A stretch of DNA of 64,000 bases, from assembly GCA_965113315.1 (NCBI GenBank), contig OZ220363.1. The stretch is one strand, 5' to 3'. A program made the translations under genes and the position numbers. How positions within the stretch are numbered: the stretch's first letter is position 1; every line of letters starts with the position of its first letter. This document shows, one piece after another, positions 61,538-64,000 of this stretch. The notes under the pieces are model-generated. The model was not told where the DNA came from. It did not search any database and saw only the letters and a program-made list of their open reading frames with translations. This DNA comes from Podarcis vaucheri (taxonomy: Eukaryota).

Positions 61538-62796
61538 CTTTAAGGAGAAGAATTCTTAGTGCCCACTGCAAACATTAATCAAATGAAGAGAATAGCATCA
61601 CCATTTCCAAGCATGTGCATGCACACACACTCACTCTCTCTCTCCAAAGACAATATAAAAAGGCAAGTTAAAAGACTATATAAGGCGTTTGAGCTAGAAT
61701 ACCATAGCATGATATCTCTAACCTATTTTGGCTCCATTGTCTTCTTAAACTCAAGCAATCAGTACTCATCTAGGAACAGTAAGCTTATTATTATGCAATC
61801 AGGTTACCTCACAAGTTCTTGACAAACACACCCCTTGCAGATACAGGACAAAGGAAATTCTCTGCCACAATGTACTTCAAGCCTTTTCCTCTCTAAAAGT
61901 ACTGCATAAGCTTTATGCCATGAGGTGAGATCGCTCAGGGATGGTGTTTATGTTAGACACACTCACAAGAATCAACTGGTTGAATGAGCAGGTGCCCTTC
62001 TGTAAGCTGAAGGCCTCTTCTGCATGCAAAAGAACTTTTTCTGCCTCTGTTCAAGACCACTGTGTAAGAAGAGAGAAAGACTATTGAAATGTAGAGGTGT
62101 ACTTACATCTGTGCCAGGCATTGTGCTTTCTTGCACAAGGTCTTTTTAAATTCTCTCAGAATTTCTTCAAAATTATTTTTACTTAGCAGCCCTTTTTGTG
62201 GCTTTTCATATGCTTTTAAATATTGCCTAACCCCAGGCTTCTTGAAGTTCATCTTTGCTGTGGCAAATTTTGTATTGTAACTGTGTTTCCATGGTTTTGC
62301 ATTATATGTTACATTTCATGTTACATTTTTACATGCTCTACCCAGAGCATTTCGGTTATAGGCTAACATAGAAATTAGGACTGTGCACTGGGATCTAGCC
62401 GAATCCAAAACTGAGTTGGGCTAATCTGGGTAGATCCCACCTTTGGCCAGCACGGGTTGATAGAGCTCAGGGCCGGCCAACCTGAAGCAATCTGGGGTAG
62501 TCTAAGGATGTTATAAGATGGGACATCAGGTAGCGGGGGTGGGGGGATAAGGAAAGGCAGGCAGCTTCTGCAAAGAGTAGTGCAGAGCCATTTGCAAAGG
62601 GGCTTTCAATCAGTCACACGCTGCACTTGGCTTTGTGTCCCTGTTCCCAGTAGGGGAACATCAGTACACAGTCAAACTGAGCAAGACTGAACCCAAAATT
62701 AAGGACAAAAATGGCTGAAAGTCATATTCCTTTTCAGGAGGTCAATACAGATAGGTTGTATTTAGGCACTGGAGGTGGCAAAATGTTGAGCAGAGA

Positions 62797-63354
62797 CAGA
62801 CTCGCCAAATGTCCCTATTTTCCAGGGATTTAGAAAAGCCATCCCGGTTTCTGAATTGATCCCAGAATGTCCCGCTTTTCCTTAGGATACCCCTATTTTC
62901 ATTGAAGAAATATTGGAGGGTATGGAGTTATCCAACACCTGAGCTGTCTGAAGAAAGCCCTATACAGTGGTACCTCAGGTTAAGAAGTTAATTCGTTCTG
63001 GAGGTCTGTTCTTAAACTGAAACTGTTCTTAACCTGAAGCACCACTTTAGCTAATGGGGCCTCCTGCTGCAGCCGCACTGCCTGAGCACGATTTCTGTTC
63101 TCATCCTGAAGCAAAGTTCTTAACCCGAGGTAATATTTCTGGGTTAGCGGAGTCTGTAACCTGAAGCATATGTAACCCAAGGTACCACTGTATAAGGATG
63201 TTTTTTATGTTTAATGTTTTATTATGTTTTTAATATAGGAAGCTGCCTAGAGTGCAGGGTCAACTCAATAGGATGTGTGGGGTATAAATAGTAAACTTAT
63301 CATTATGCAATGGGACATCTCCCTATTTTCATCAGAAAATTGTTGGAGGGTATG
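62797..63354. mobile_element. Composite TIR element with duplicated right end enclosing an L2 tail and an E1 MITE
   Basis: CCCTATTTTCAT..GAAA.T.TTGGAGGGTATG occurs twice (ending 62924 and 63354); degenerate left end CAGACTCGCCAAATGTCCC; flanks CAGAGA / CAGAAA. Confidence 0.7.
62965..63190 (+). mobile_element. Tc1/mariner MITE, family E1 (nested)
   Basis: TA|CAGTGGTACCTCAGGTTAAG...AAGGTACCACTG|TA. Confidence 0.92.
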
Positions 63355-63561
63355 CAGAAAGTGAGGGAGGAATAGGCATAGGCTTTTGCACAGCATCAAA
63401 AGCACAGAAGAGGCCCTTGGGATTCCTAGGCTGAGTGTAAGTGTGAATTTAGCTAGGTTGATGGCAGAGGAGAAAGATTTTTTATCACACTGTTCCATCC
63501 GTTAGATTACTCCCACCAAATGGCTTTCAATACAAAAGTCACAAATGCAGTAAAAACTATT

Positions 63562-63624
63562 TAGACTCTTGCTGAGGTACTTTGGACCCAAGCCATTTAG
63601 GGCTTTAAAGGTCAGTGTCAGCAT
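63562..63624 (-). mobile_element. L2-type LINE fragment
   Basis: Translates to LTLTFKALNGLGPKYL, the L2 ORF2 C-terminal motif (track ORF 63502-63684). Confidence 0.7.
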
Positions 63625-64000
63625 TTTATCAGCTGATTGATGGCAAAAGAGGATTGCAATTGGATAAGTACAATGCACCATCAAAGATAATGGAATTATT
63701 CATTGTACGTTTCAAGGATCAGTAGGTTTTGTGACAATTTACCCTCTGCACACCAGGTTTGATAACCTCCTTAAACTTAATGTTCTAGACTAATAGATAA
63801 TAACAAATGTCTGATGTCTTGATGTAGTGAGTACACAAGAATTCACACCTCACTGAAACTTTTTTGTGTGATTTGCAATAAACATATGGGAATATTCTAA
63901 CCATAGTTTATTGCTGAGAATATTAATCTTGTATTCTTGTCAGTCGTGCTTGTTTATTTTATTGTCTTATTTCTTATATTTTTTAACTTTTGTGTATTAT

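Noticed and set aside
55596-64000. Search for the next upstream DPP10 exon (EVWELNPPEV...WGVQGQQL-like)
   Set aside because: No matching sequence found by eye; it presumably lies beyond the window end.

Overview
Vertebrate genomic DNA, almost certainly a squamate and probably a lacertid lizard, judged from a full-length Sauria SINE with an (ACCTTT)n tail and several Squam3-like SINEs. The window holds the 3' three-quarters of DPP10 (inactive dipeptidyl peptidase 10, a Kv4 channel auxiliary subunit) on the minus strand. I mapped 19 coding exons (55595 to 5785), all with GT-AG boundaries and consistent phase. They join into 1818 nt = 605 codons + TAA, from [10 protein letters not shown] to QEPEEDE*. 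The exons are numbered 8-26 by assumed homology to the 26-exon human gene; exons 1-7 were not found and presumably lie beyond position 64000. The introns are dense in transposon debris: Tc1/mariner MITEs with TA duplications, hAT MITEs with 8-bp duplications, L2 and CR1 LINE fragments, a Penelope-like fragment, SINEs and microsatellites. Nearly all ORFs in the supplied track are spurious. I see no convincing new multi-gene system. The best leads are (i) an 84-nt pre-miRNA-like hairpin antisense to DPP10 whose non-Watson-Crick pairs are strand-biased G.U wobbles and (ii) a mariner MITE family whose five copies all sit in or against other transposon-like sequence, three of them at the TIRs of other Tc1/mariner-type elements.
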